From NCBI GenBank assembly GCA_009602725.1, contig WELB01000030.1, positions 342,835 to 406,834 on the forward strand: a stretch of 64,000 nt of DNA. The letters run 5' to 3'. A model generated the notes under the pieces. It searched no databases. It was not told where the DNA came from and saw nothing but the letters and a program-made list of their open reading frames with translations. Positions 53,720 to 64,000 of this stretch are shown here, in pieces. The stretch comes from Spirogloea muscicola. Taxonomy: Eukaryota. Each line of letters opens with the position of its first letter. Position 1 is the first letter of the stretch. The position numbers and the translations under genes were made by a program.

Positions 53720-56249
53720 TCAGTTCCTGCCATAAGGGTGGTAGCGACCATTGCCAGAGCCGCCCGCGCTGCCGCCGCCGCCGGCACTGCCACCGCCGCC
53801 GTATGAGCTCCCACGGCTGCTGCCATACCCGCCGGCCCCACCCATGCTCCCGCTGCCATAGGCAGCGGCGCCGGAGCTACCGTAGCTTCCCCCATAAGCT
53901 CCGCCCCCACCATACCCAGCACCGTAAGCGCCGCCAGCATACGCTCCATAGCCGTCCATATCGCCGTATCCAGCCATGGACGCATACCCTGTATGACCAA
54001 GGCTGTAGGCGCCCAAAGCCCCACCATAGCCGCCAGCGCCGCCGTAAACGCTGCCTGGCCCGTAGCTGCCACCGTACCCTGCACCATATGCGCTGCCATA
54101 CGAAGAGTCCATGCCGCCGTAGCCACCTGCACCCCCATAGCTGGCCCGGTAGCCACCGTCCCTGCCACCACCTGTCCTATAGCCCCCGTACCCAGCCATG
54201 CCGTAACCATCCGAGTAGCCTCCACCATACCCGCCACCCCCATACTGGCCGCCACCAGTGCCACCACCGCCACTGCCGCCGCCGCCACCACTGCCACCTC
54301 CGTAGCCACCCCGGCTGCCGTACCCGCTACGCTCCAATGCGGGCCCCCCATCTGATCGTTTGGGCTCAGCTTTCTTGATCTCCACCTGCAAAAACAAGAG
54401 CGTAGTCTCAACAACTCTGTGGCATCACAAGATCTGTGGCTGGAGAACTGCCATAGCTTCTCCAGCATGTTTGCAAGCAGTGTACGTAAAACGCCACCAA
54501 GATTTTAGCTTACGGCCACACAAGGTGCAAGCACTTGTTGCCACACGAATTTAGTGCAGGGCATGTTCAATGCAGGACCGCATGCTTCTACCTGCTTGCC
54601 ACCAAGCTCCTGCATCTTGCCCTGTGCCAGTATGTCCTCCACACTTTGCTCCGACTCAAAGGTCACAAAACCAAAGCCGCGCGAGCGGCCCGTGCTATGA
54701 TCCTGCATGATCTGGTGCTCCACAATCACGCCGTACTTGTCGAAATGCCTCTTCAGATCATCTACAGCACGCCCCAGCATGGTGTCCATCGCTCAACATC
54801 AAGGAGAGGGCCTACCAACCGAGCTGCAGCAGACGGGCACTGGCCACATGCTGCAATGGGCGAGGCTGAGATAGCCCACCTTCCATGATGTTAGGTGGCA
54901 GGCCGCCAACGAATATTTTTCTAGTTTTGGGCCCGCGGGATGAGGCAGCAGTCATGTCCCCTCGCGGAACCGACTTCTTTGCCTCAACCTGCACATGAAG
55001 GTACCTTCGCTTGTCATGTACAGGGGAAGGAACCACGTTTTGACTGAACCAACTGACAACTAGTCTGAGCAAGCAAGTGCTGATTGTATGTTCGTCTACT
55101 TGTACAGAAGCCAAAACGACAGCAAGAAGGCTCAGCCTGCATGCAGGGATACTGCCTGAAATGGTCGAAAATGCTCACAGTCCGGCCATCAATGACATGC
55201 TTGTCTTGGACCACCCTGTCGCAAATGGCAGGGTCGGCAAAAGTGACAAAGCCGAAGCCGCGAGGGTGACCGGTGGCTCGGTCCCTCATGATGACTGCGT
55301 CGGTAAGCTCCCCATACTTGGCAAAGTGCTCTGTAAGTATTTCTGCGGAACGCAAGGACACAGAATGAGAAGCAGCACAGAGATAATGACCAGATCAGAC
55401 CTGCACGTGCAGGACCTAGAGCACCGAGGGCATGGGCATCATCGTGAGTCAGCAAATGCAGAGGGCCCCAGTGGCGGCCAAGAAGACCCATATGACGTAT
55501 GGGGAGGGGGCTAACAACAGATACTTCCCTCCATACCCGTCCTGCCGAGTCTACGACGACCCTCCTGAGGTTGGCGCTCGCCAGCTACTGGGGGCAAGTC
55601 TGCGGGGGGCTACTCGAGGCTGGCACAGGCGCAAGCCCTGCAGCTGGCGAGCCTAGGCCGCTGCCTCTCGCAAGGCGGCAGCTTTGCTGCGATGTGGGTG
55701 AGGGCGGTCTGGGCGCACCTGTGGTGGTCTCCCAGGACAGCCCCCCGATGAAGATCTTCCCTCTACGCCGTCATGGGCGGTGGCGGCGGCGAGGAGCACC
55801 CGAAGGGGGGGGGGGAGGCGGCGGGGGGAGGGGCCCAGGTGTTAGCTACGCGGCTCGCTATGGCGTCCAACCGGCAACTCCACTACTGCCGCCACAGCGG
55901 CAGCTGGCAAGCGCCAGCCCGGCGGCGGCGGAGGCGGCGGCTGCGCTCAGGCTACTAACCCTGAACTGGCGCTGACCCCTGCCGACGACTCTGGCGCGCC
56001 GTTGTGGCCATGATCTAGCGCGGCGCCGCCGCCGCCGCCGCCGCCTAAAGGGCCGCCGCGGTGCTGCTGCTGCGGCTCCGCCTGCTCGTCGTCGTGCTGC
56101 TGCTCCTCCTGCCGCTGCTGCTGGTACTGCTGCGACTGATGGCCCATACCGCCGCCGCCGTCGTCGTCGGGGTGGTACGCCCCCTCCGCCAGCGGCTCCG
56201 GCCCCTCGCCGTCGGGGCCCTTGGCCCCGTACACGTCCTCGTCGGCCAT
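53720..56249 (-). CDS. hnRNP A/B (Musashi/RNP1-like) two-RRM protein with Gly/Tyr-rich tail
   Basis: KIFIGGLSWETT, RGFGFVTF (twice), VEAKKSVPR, KIFVGGLP, VEIKKAEPK, GY-rich low-complexity domain and terminal RYHPY (PY-NLS-like). Confidence 0.93.
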
Positions 56250-57240
56250 GGCCGCGGGCCGCACGTCGGCCGCCGCCGGCAGCGTCTCCTACGTCGGCGC
56301 CTTGGCTTGCTCGATGACTCCGGCGACCCTGACGGCGACGGCAGCGGCGGCGGCGGCGGCGGCGACGGCGGGCNNNNNNNNNNNNNNNNNNNNNNNNNNN
56401 NNNNNNNNNNNNNNNNNNNNNNNNNNNNNNNNNNNNNNNNNNNNNNNNNNNNNNNNNNNNNNNNNNNNNNNNNNNNNNNNNNNNNNNNNNNNNNNNNNNN
56501 NNNNNNNNNNNNNNNNNNNNNNNNNNNNNNNNNNNNNNNNNNNNNNNNNNNNNNNNNNNNNNNNNNNNNNNNNNNNNNNNNNNNNNNNNNNNNNNNNNNN
56601 NNNNNNNNNNNNNNNNNNNNNNNNNNNNNNNNNNNNNNNNNNNNNNNNNNNNNNNNNNNNNNNNNNNNNNNNNNNNNNNNNNNNNNNNNNNNNNNNNNNN
56701 NNNNNNNNNNNNNNNNNNNNNNNNNNNNNNNNNNNNNNNNNNNNNNNNNNNNNNNNNNNNNNNNNNNNNNNNNNNNNNNNNNNNNNNNNNNNNNNNNNNN
56801 NNNNNNNNNNNNNNNNNNNNNNNNNNNNNNNNNNNNNNNNNNNNNNNNNNNNNNNNNNNNNNNNNNNNNNNNNNNNNNNNNNNNNNNNNNNNNNNNNNNN
56901 NNNNNNNNNNNNNNNNNNNNNNNNNNNNNNNNNNNNNNNNNNNNNNNNNNNNNNNNNNNNNNNNNNNNNNNNNNNNNNNNNNNNNNNNNNNNNNNNNNNN
57001 NNNNNNNNNNNNNNNNNNNNNNNNNNNNNNNNNNNNNNNNNNNNNNNNNNNNNNNNNNNNNNNNNNNNNNNNNNNNNNNNNNNNNNNNNNNNNNNNNNNN
57101 NNNNNNNNNNNNNNNNNNNNNNNNNNNNNNNNNNNNNNNNNNNNNNNNNNNNNNNNNNNNNNNNNNNNNNNNNNNNNNNNNNNNNNNNNNNNNNNNNNNN
57201 NNNNNNNNNNNNNNNNNNNNNNNNNNNNNNNNNNNNNNNN

Positions 57241-57722
57241 NATGCTCTGCATCAGAAAGCTGGTCGAGCCTTAGCTGCTGGCACAAGAGCTAGTCAATTG
57301 CCGTCCGGTATTCGAGCGTCAGCTAGCGACCTCTATGTGCTGACTCGTGGTTACTGAGCGGGTCAGCTTAGCAGCAGGTGACGTACATTTGTCCAATGTG
57401 CTTGCCTTTGTACTTGGCCACACATGGCCTCCCCATCTCTTAATATACACGCATTCTCTCTTGGAAGCTCGCAAGCATTGGCTCTTCATCAACGTGCAGG
57501 GCGCGCTCTAAGTCTGGCCTCCGGGTTTCGTGGCGGGGCTCCAGCTGCCCAAGTTAGCTTGTCAGATTTGTTTGTGCTCACCCGTGGGTATTGATGTCAC
57601 CTTAGGCACCTTACTTTAGGTATATTTAGCCTTGTTTAGTCTGCAGTAGCCTTCGCCTGAACAATGTACTGGCTTGAATTGGCCTCCCTTTCATTTCATG
57701 CGCCCCGCGCGCCTTCTCCTCT
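57241..57722 (+). mobile_element. RLE element 3' region: ORF end, 3' UTR and terminus (best-preserved order)
   Basis: ALHQKAGRALAAG..SDLYVLTRGY* (57357), then a UTR matching the reverse complement of 27226-27350 (ttagcttgtcagat), then tggcctccctttcatttcatgcgccccgcgcgccttctcctct. Confidence 0.8.
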
Positions 57723-57751
57723 TTCTGAAGGGCGATGGCTATGAGAAGCCT

Positions 57752-58316
57752 GGACCTTTGTCCATTATTCTTGGGCTGGCTTTTCACAACCCCTCGCTAC
57801 CCTTGCGACGTTGTGTCAGCTTGTTTGCAGCGAGCTTAGGCTCATGGTTTGCACCAGAAAGTTGGTCGAGCCTTAGCTGGTAGCACAAGAGCTTGTCAAG
57901 TGCCGTCCGATATTCGGGCATCAGTAAGCGATGTCTATGTGCTGACTCGTGGTTACTGAGCGGGTCAGCTTAGCAGCGGGTGATAAAGGATGGTCCGTGT
58001 ACCTGGCGCATTCTTCCAGAAGGCAGTAAATGGGGTGATGGCTGTGAAAGAGAGAAGGCGCGGTTGTGCGCATGAATAAAGAGGAAGGTCAGTCAACCCA
58101 ATGCAATGTTCAAATGCTAGTGCAAAGACTGCTAGTGCAAAGACTGAACTACGCAACAGCAATGCCCTATGCTAACAAGAGCTGAGGTAACTGTGCAAAA
58201 CCCGGCTGAAGGGGGACACCGGTACCCACTAGTGAGCACATTCATTTTCTAAGCAGGCTTTCTCAAGAAGGGGCAATGGCCGTGAAAGGTCAGCCCAAGA
58301 AGCAATGGACAAGGTC
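57752..58316. mobile_element. Composite relic: inverted motif-M pair enclosing a second RLE ORF end (+) and an inverted 3' terminus/UTR (-)
   Basis: 57843-57982 directly repeats 57241-57380. The terminus appears at 58051-58240 in the opposite orientation. Motif M is on the minus strand at 57752-57797 and the plus strand at 58259-58316. Confidence 0.7.
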
Positions 58317-58759
58317 TGTAGGGAACGGACAGCGCAAATACACATCTATGCACGTTGCTACAATGAGCGGATGCTCAATAGATTCTAGTCAGCAGCCACA
58401 AGTCGGAGTAGCCTGCAGCCGAGATAGTGTGACCACGACAACTCAGAAGCAGCAGCCAAAGCGCGGCCTACCTGCACATACAAATGTGACAGGCTACATT
58501 GGGGAGCCGCAGCACTGCCACGGTGACCAATGCACACTACTGAGCACTTACCAACAGCAGTGCCACTACGAGTTGATAGTTACGTGGAAAGCCTGGGCGC
58601 AAGCTAGCTCTTCCATTGCAATTGACTATGACAAAAGGGAGGGAGCAACGCGAAGCCACTTGATGCCTGGCAGTCTCATTCGCACAGCTATTTGTTAGGT
58701 GCGCAGATGACTTGGGCATGTCCAAACTTAATAGAAAGATCAGGCCAGCAAGTCCGACC

Positions 58760-61490
58760 TCAGCTCTTGCAGATTGCGTCCATCATATGCTGAAGCCACC
58801 TATCTAGCCCCTCCCCTGCTGCTATCATGTTTTGTTCAAATCTAACAATCGCCTGGTCTGGATTGACCAATGTCCTGGTCATTGAAGCATCAGCAACCTG
58901 TAGGGACGTTGCAGCCTGCTGACGTGATCGCCTAACAGCTGCTCCTGTTTGCTCTCGTTTTCTTGCAAGCTGTAAGGCCGTTTTGGACCTTATCACTTCA
59001 TCAAGGCGAAATGTGTGGCCATCCATACCTGCAGTTACGCCTTTCGCTCTTTCAAGGCCTGCTTGCTGCACACTGGCTTGATCCACGCTGGGCCTGTCCA
59101 GGCCTTCAGGGGCCTTCTCTGCAACTCGCACGTCCTCATCTGCCAAGCCGTCAACCCTCGGCTGCATCGAGGTGATGCGCTGGCCTGCAAGTGCCCACAA
59201 CGAGCTAACGCTTGCAAGCAGCTCCTGCTGCAAGGGTTTCCAGTTATCCAGCTTCTGCCGCAGGCTGACCATCAAGCCAGCACCAGCGGGAGGCGCCTCC
59301 TGACCTCCTTGCGTGACGCCGCCAGGGTTCAAGCCAGAGCGGCTCGACAACACCTGCTCATTTGACCTCTTCAAAGCCTCTGCTGCAGAAGTCAAATGCT
59401 CAAGAGACACACGCATGTCCTCGGCATACAAACTTAGCACGAGCTCCAACGTATCATCCTGATGCTTCCCCTCTACTTCCCTTCCCCGTACCATGTCCTC
59501 GCCCGATACTTCCACAGTGGGACCTGTAACGAGCAATCCATTGCTTGCATCTCTCCCTGAGTTCTCCTGCAGTCTTAGAATGGCCTCCTTCAGGTCCTTC
59601 AGTGTTGTGTCCACCATATCTGCAAGACGCCACAGGGAGTCTGCCTGCGCCAGCAGGGGTAGTGCGTGCATGTCCCAGTCCTTAGCCGTGGATCCAGTCT
59701 CATCCTGCCACAATCCCTTTTGATCGTCTACCCCTTCGTGCCCTCCAACTTCTGCTGCTGCTGCGAACTTCTCTCCAGTTCCTTGGTCAGCTACCAGTGT
59801 CTGTGACTCCTCCACACCTTCTGAAGAGTCTTGCCCTGCATACCCTTCAACATCTGCTGCCTCGGATACACCTTCAGTAAGATTGTCAGCTATCGCCGTT
59901 GAATCCACATCTCTTTCATGCTCTATGGATGAGCGCCCTCCAGTATCTGCTTCCCCAAAGTCTGTGGACTGCTCTTCAGTGGTTTTGTCTTGTGAAAAAG
60001 TCTGTGGCTGCTCAGCAACTTCCTCATGGTTCTCTGGCAACTGGTCTATTCCTAGTGATAACAGCAGTGTAAAGTTCCTCAGAGGTACCTGTGCAAAACA
60101 ACACAGGTGTTAGAGCATACCTTCTGTCAGCACAGAGACCACAAGCCTTTCCAGCTGACAATGACACTTGTATCGAGGTAGATCCTGGATGGAGACGACT
60201 CGAACAGCACATAAGACGCTGTCAGGATTTTCCTGCTACAGGCCGGCGCCTCAACAATACTCGTTGACGCAGTCAAAGCATGTAAACAAGGACTAAGACT
60301 ACCAACCTTCCTCCTCTGCTTGCTGGGTATCCTCAATAATATCTGCACTGAGGCACTGCCAACTCCTCTGATATATGCTTGCTTACTGCAAAAACCTGCT
60401 CGGTGCGCTCGTCCTCCCTTGCAACGTGGACTTTCCAGATGTGTGGAGATCCTGCCAACATATGTCAAGGACATGGTTAGGCAGCATCAGGCACAGCATC
60501 CAGTGCAATACACTACATGGGCAATAACGCCTGCGTCCTACATGTTGATTCCACAAATCTTGGCTGACTGACAAGACAGTCAGCAGATGTATCACACTGG
60601 GAGGCTTGCAAGTGCCAGCAGCTCCATGTCATTTCTGGCAGAGCTCTCAAAACTCAGTGCGACCTTTGCATCATTCTCTCTGTTGCAGGGAGAGTGCAGC
60701 AGCTTCACTAGCAATACTCACAAGCATGGGCAAGCGCCACCACATGTATTGCCTACGAACTGGTATACACTCCGCCATATGCTAACTCTGAAGTTACTTG
60801 GAAAGCGAACTGGTATGCATGCATGTCAATGTTGGGGCTGCTCACCCCGTCACATATGTACATGTCAGGTCGGAGGTGCTCGCCATGGCAATCATGTGCA
60901 ATGTATGAGTCGATCAGGTCTCAACAGCATTACGAAGCGTTACCTCAGGAGCCTGCAGGTAGTGCACGTCCAAGCCGCCGACAAGAGTCAGACATATATG
61001 CGTGTGCCAGCACAAGGGCAGCGACGCAGAAGCAGGCAGAAGATCGGTGGCACCGTGCGGCTCCTCAGCAGCCGCGACGACGGCAATCCTACGACGCAGG
61101 CCCGCCCTTACATGCAGCCGGGGCTGGCCCGAGAAGCACGGAGCCCCGATTGCCGGCCCCGAAGCAGCCGGCCCGGCTCGACGGGCGGCTCTCTGCGGCC
61201 GCCCGGCAAGCCGCTCCCCAGCAGCGGCAGTCCCGGCGGGCGAGCCGGCCCGCAGGCGCGGATGGGAAGGCTCGAGCCCGGCAACCGCCGCCGCCGCCGC
61301 CGCCGTCGCTGCGGCTTCGAACGCTTCGATCGGGCGGCCGGCAGGGGCAGAGTCGCTGGGTGCCACAAGGAGAAGGTGGCCATGGCGGCCATGACGGAGA
61401 AGGAGGCATGGCGGCCACGACGGCCATGGCGGCCCGCGCCATGCGCCGCTGCATGCGCCGCCGCCGGCGCGGGCGATGGCGGGGGCGGGG
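58760..61490 (-). CDS. Uncharacterised protein; large terminal exon 60087-58760 is acidic then helical/coiled-coil-like; 5' exons uncertain
   Basis: Open frame of >430 codons with a CAG acceptor at 60088, in phase with the upstream exon ..SRIYLDTS. GC-rich first-exon-like region at 61100-61490. No family recognised. Confidence 0.6.
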
Positions 61491-61491
61491 G

Positions 61492-61613
<122 letters not shown>

Positions 61614-62545
61614 NNNNNNNNNNNNNNNNNNNNNNNNNNNNNNNNNNNNNNNNNNNNNNNNNNNNNNNNNNNNNNNNNNNNNNNNNNNNNNNNNNNNNNN
61701 NNNNNNNNNNNNNNNNNNNNNNNNNNNNNNNNNNNNNNNNNNNNNNNNNNNNNNNNNNNNNNNNNNNNNNNNNNNNNNNNNNNNNNNNNNNNNNNNNNNN
61801 NNNNNNNNNNNNNNNNNNNNNNNNNNNNNNNNNNNNNNNNNNNNNNNNNNNNNNNNNNNNNNNNNNNNNNNNNNNNNNNNNNNNNNNNNNNNNNNNNNNN
61901 NNNNNNNNNNNNNNNNNNNNNNNNNNNNNNNNNNNNNNNNNNNNNNNNNNNNNNNNNNNNNNNNNNNNNNNNNNNNNNNNNNNNNNNNNNNNNNNNNNNN
62001 NNNNNNNNNNNNNNNNNNNNNNNNNNNNNNNNNNNNNNNNNNNNNNNNNNNNNNNNNNNNNNNNNNNNNNNNNNNNNNNNNNNNNNNNNNNNNNNNNNNN
62101 NNNNNNNNNNNNNNNNNNNNNNNNNNNNNNNNNNNNNNNNNNNNNNNNNNNNNNNNNNNNNNNNNNNNNNNNNNNNNNNNNNNNNNNNNNNNNNNNNNNN
62201 NNNNNNNNNNNNNNNNNNNNNNNNNNNNNNNNNNNNNNNNNNNNNNNNNNNNNNNNNNNNNNNNNNNNNNNNNNNNNNNNNNNNNNNNNNNNNNNNNNNN
62301 NNNNNNNNNNNNNNNNNNNNNNNNNNNNNNNNNNNNNNNNNNNNNNNNNNNNNNNNNNNNNNNNNNNNNNNNNNNNNNNNNNNNNNNNNNNNNNNNNNNN
62401 NNNNNNNNNNNNNNNNNNNNNNNNNNNNNNNNNNNNNNNNNNNNNNNNNNNNNNNNNNNNNNNNNNNNNNNNNNNNNNNNNNNNNNNNNNNNNNNNNNNN
62501 NNNNNNNNNNNNNNNNNNNNNNNNNNNNNCGCGCCGCCGCCGGCC

Positions 62546-64000
62546 ATGGCGACGGCGGCGGCGGCGCTCTACTCCAGCTCGCCGCCCGCGTCGTACGCCA
62601 GGGCGCACGTAGCCCCCCCCGCCCCGCCCCCTCACGCCTCGTCGTTGCCCGCCGAGCTTGAGTTCCCGCTCGGCCCCAGCCGGGCGGCCAGCCGAAGCCG
62701 GTCGTCCACACCGGTGCGCGGCGGCCTCTCGACCTTCTTCGGCAGCGGCGCCATCAAGAACGTCCCTCCGTGCGCCGGCCCTGCAGACCACGTCAAGTCT
62801 GCGCCCTCCTCTGCGCTCTACGGCTCCTCCCCCATCGCCGACGGGGCAGTGTCCACGTCGAGGGACTGTGGCGAGCGGAGGGTCAGCAGGGCAGTCTCCA
62901 TTCCAGTCGCCACATCTTTCTCCAGCAAGGACAGGAGCCCGGCGTCGGTACTGCATGGAGTGGATAGCAGCAGCACTGCAAGCGGCAGCAGGCAGCCGTC
63001 CCCCCTGCTCGGCGGTGCTCCGGTCTGGGAGATGACCAGACATGCCAGTCTGCCCCAGCAGCACGAGAACCTCTACAAGAAGCCCGCTGGCTTTACCTAC
63101 TCAGCCGGTGTAGCAATAAGGCCTGCCAGGTCTGGGGACAGCCCCCCGCAGGTTCACATCACAGATGTTTCGGCCGCAAGGGATAGGCTGCTCAGGCTGC
63201 TGGAGCAGGACGACCCTCAGAGTATTCTCGTTGAGAGCCCTCCTTTCTCTCCTGTCAAGGATCCCGCAGAGAGGGACCAGTTGCCGCTGATGGATGCGCA
63301 GCAGCGTCATGCCATATTCAACGACCCGCTTGTGATCAAGGCTTTCAATGTCGCTGCTAGTGCACATCAAGGACAGGTGCAGTCCCTCTCACACAAGCAC
63401 GTGACACTGTGGTGCTTGCTTACTGCATATCTTGCTAACACCATATTAGCATGACACATGTACTGGCCTCTATTGTCATTGTTATCAAGTCCTAAAGTAC
63501 TGTGCCGCATGCTCTGTGTTGACGTGGTGTATGTTTTGCAACAGGTCCGTCGTAGTGGTGACCCTTACCTATCCCACTGTGTGGAGACGGCTATGATCCT
63601 TGCACAGTCTGGCTGCGACAAGAGTGTTGTTGCTGCTGGCCTTCTACATGACACTTTAGATGACTCCCCCATGACAGAAGTTCAACTCCAGGAGATTTTT
63701 GATACAGAGATTACCAATCTTGTGGCAGGGGTGAGATGCACGGGCCATCTATATGCATGCCTGTATGCATGCCATGGGTGCGTGCAAGTTTGCTGTCCCA
63801 CTTGCAGGAGATTGTATGTTGTTGCTCAGACATTCTGAGCTATGTAGAATGTTGTCAATCATGTGATTAATCTGAACCAAGAAACTCAACTCACTGTGCA
63901 CGTTTGACATCATGCAGATCTCCAAGCTCAGCATGTTCAGCCAGTTGACCAGAGACAGCGAGACAGTCTTTGATCCAGAGGAGGCTGATCGATTGCGGAA
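62546..64000 (+). CDS. RSH: RelA/SpoT homologue, RSH2/RSH3 clade (plastid ppGpp synthase/hydrolase); continues beyond the window
   Basis: Ser/Pro-rich leader with GGLSTFF, then DAQQRHAIF..VIKAF..AHQGQVRRSGDPYLSHCVETA..AAGLLHDTLDD (HD domain), ISKLS..EADRLR. Confidence 0.93.

Noticed and set aside
53638..54468. Long overlapping alternative-frame and antisense ORFs over the hnRNP tail
   Set aside because: A by-product of repetitive Gly/Tyr codons that lack stops in other frames.
62546..64000. RelA/SpoT gene as possible bacterial contamination or recent HGT
   Set aside because: It has spliceosomal introns and a plant-type N-terminal extension; RSH genes are standard in the green lineage.

Overview
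Gene-dense, intron-rich nuclear DNA from a green-lineage eukaryote. Land-plant-like orthologues, short GT-AG introns and extremely GC-rich first exons suggest a streptophyte alga (inference). It is a draft assembly with five N-gaps and three single-n joins, almost all at gene 5' ends. Fourteen protein-coding loci were read by splicing exons by eye: CLC-d chloride/proton antiporter, DinF-type MATE transporter, UDP-glucose 4-epimerase (N-terminal exons absent), acetyl-CoA synthetase, NEPRO/Rmp1-like protein, CCA-adding enzyme, organellar glycine-rich RRM protein, C53/CDK5RAP3, RBM42-like, ceramidase-superfamily membrane protein, IST1-like, hnRNP A/B-like, an unidentified protein, and RSH2/3. Three non-obvious signals stand out. 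(1) A dispersed, degenerate retroelement family with a restriction-like endonuclease (CRE-type) C-terminus and a conserved non-poly(A) 3' terminus (6 copies), in tandem and inverted arrangements near gene 5' ends. (2) An associated ~45-60 bp motif (GCCAGCCCAA..AATGGACAAG) that occurs as outward-facing inverted pairs and as a degenerate tandem array. (3) A U12-type minor-spliceosome intron next to a 29-nt microexon in the NEPRO-like gene. No complete novel system can be demonstrated from this window alone.
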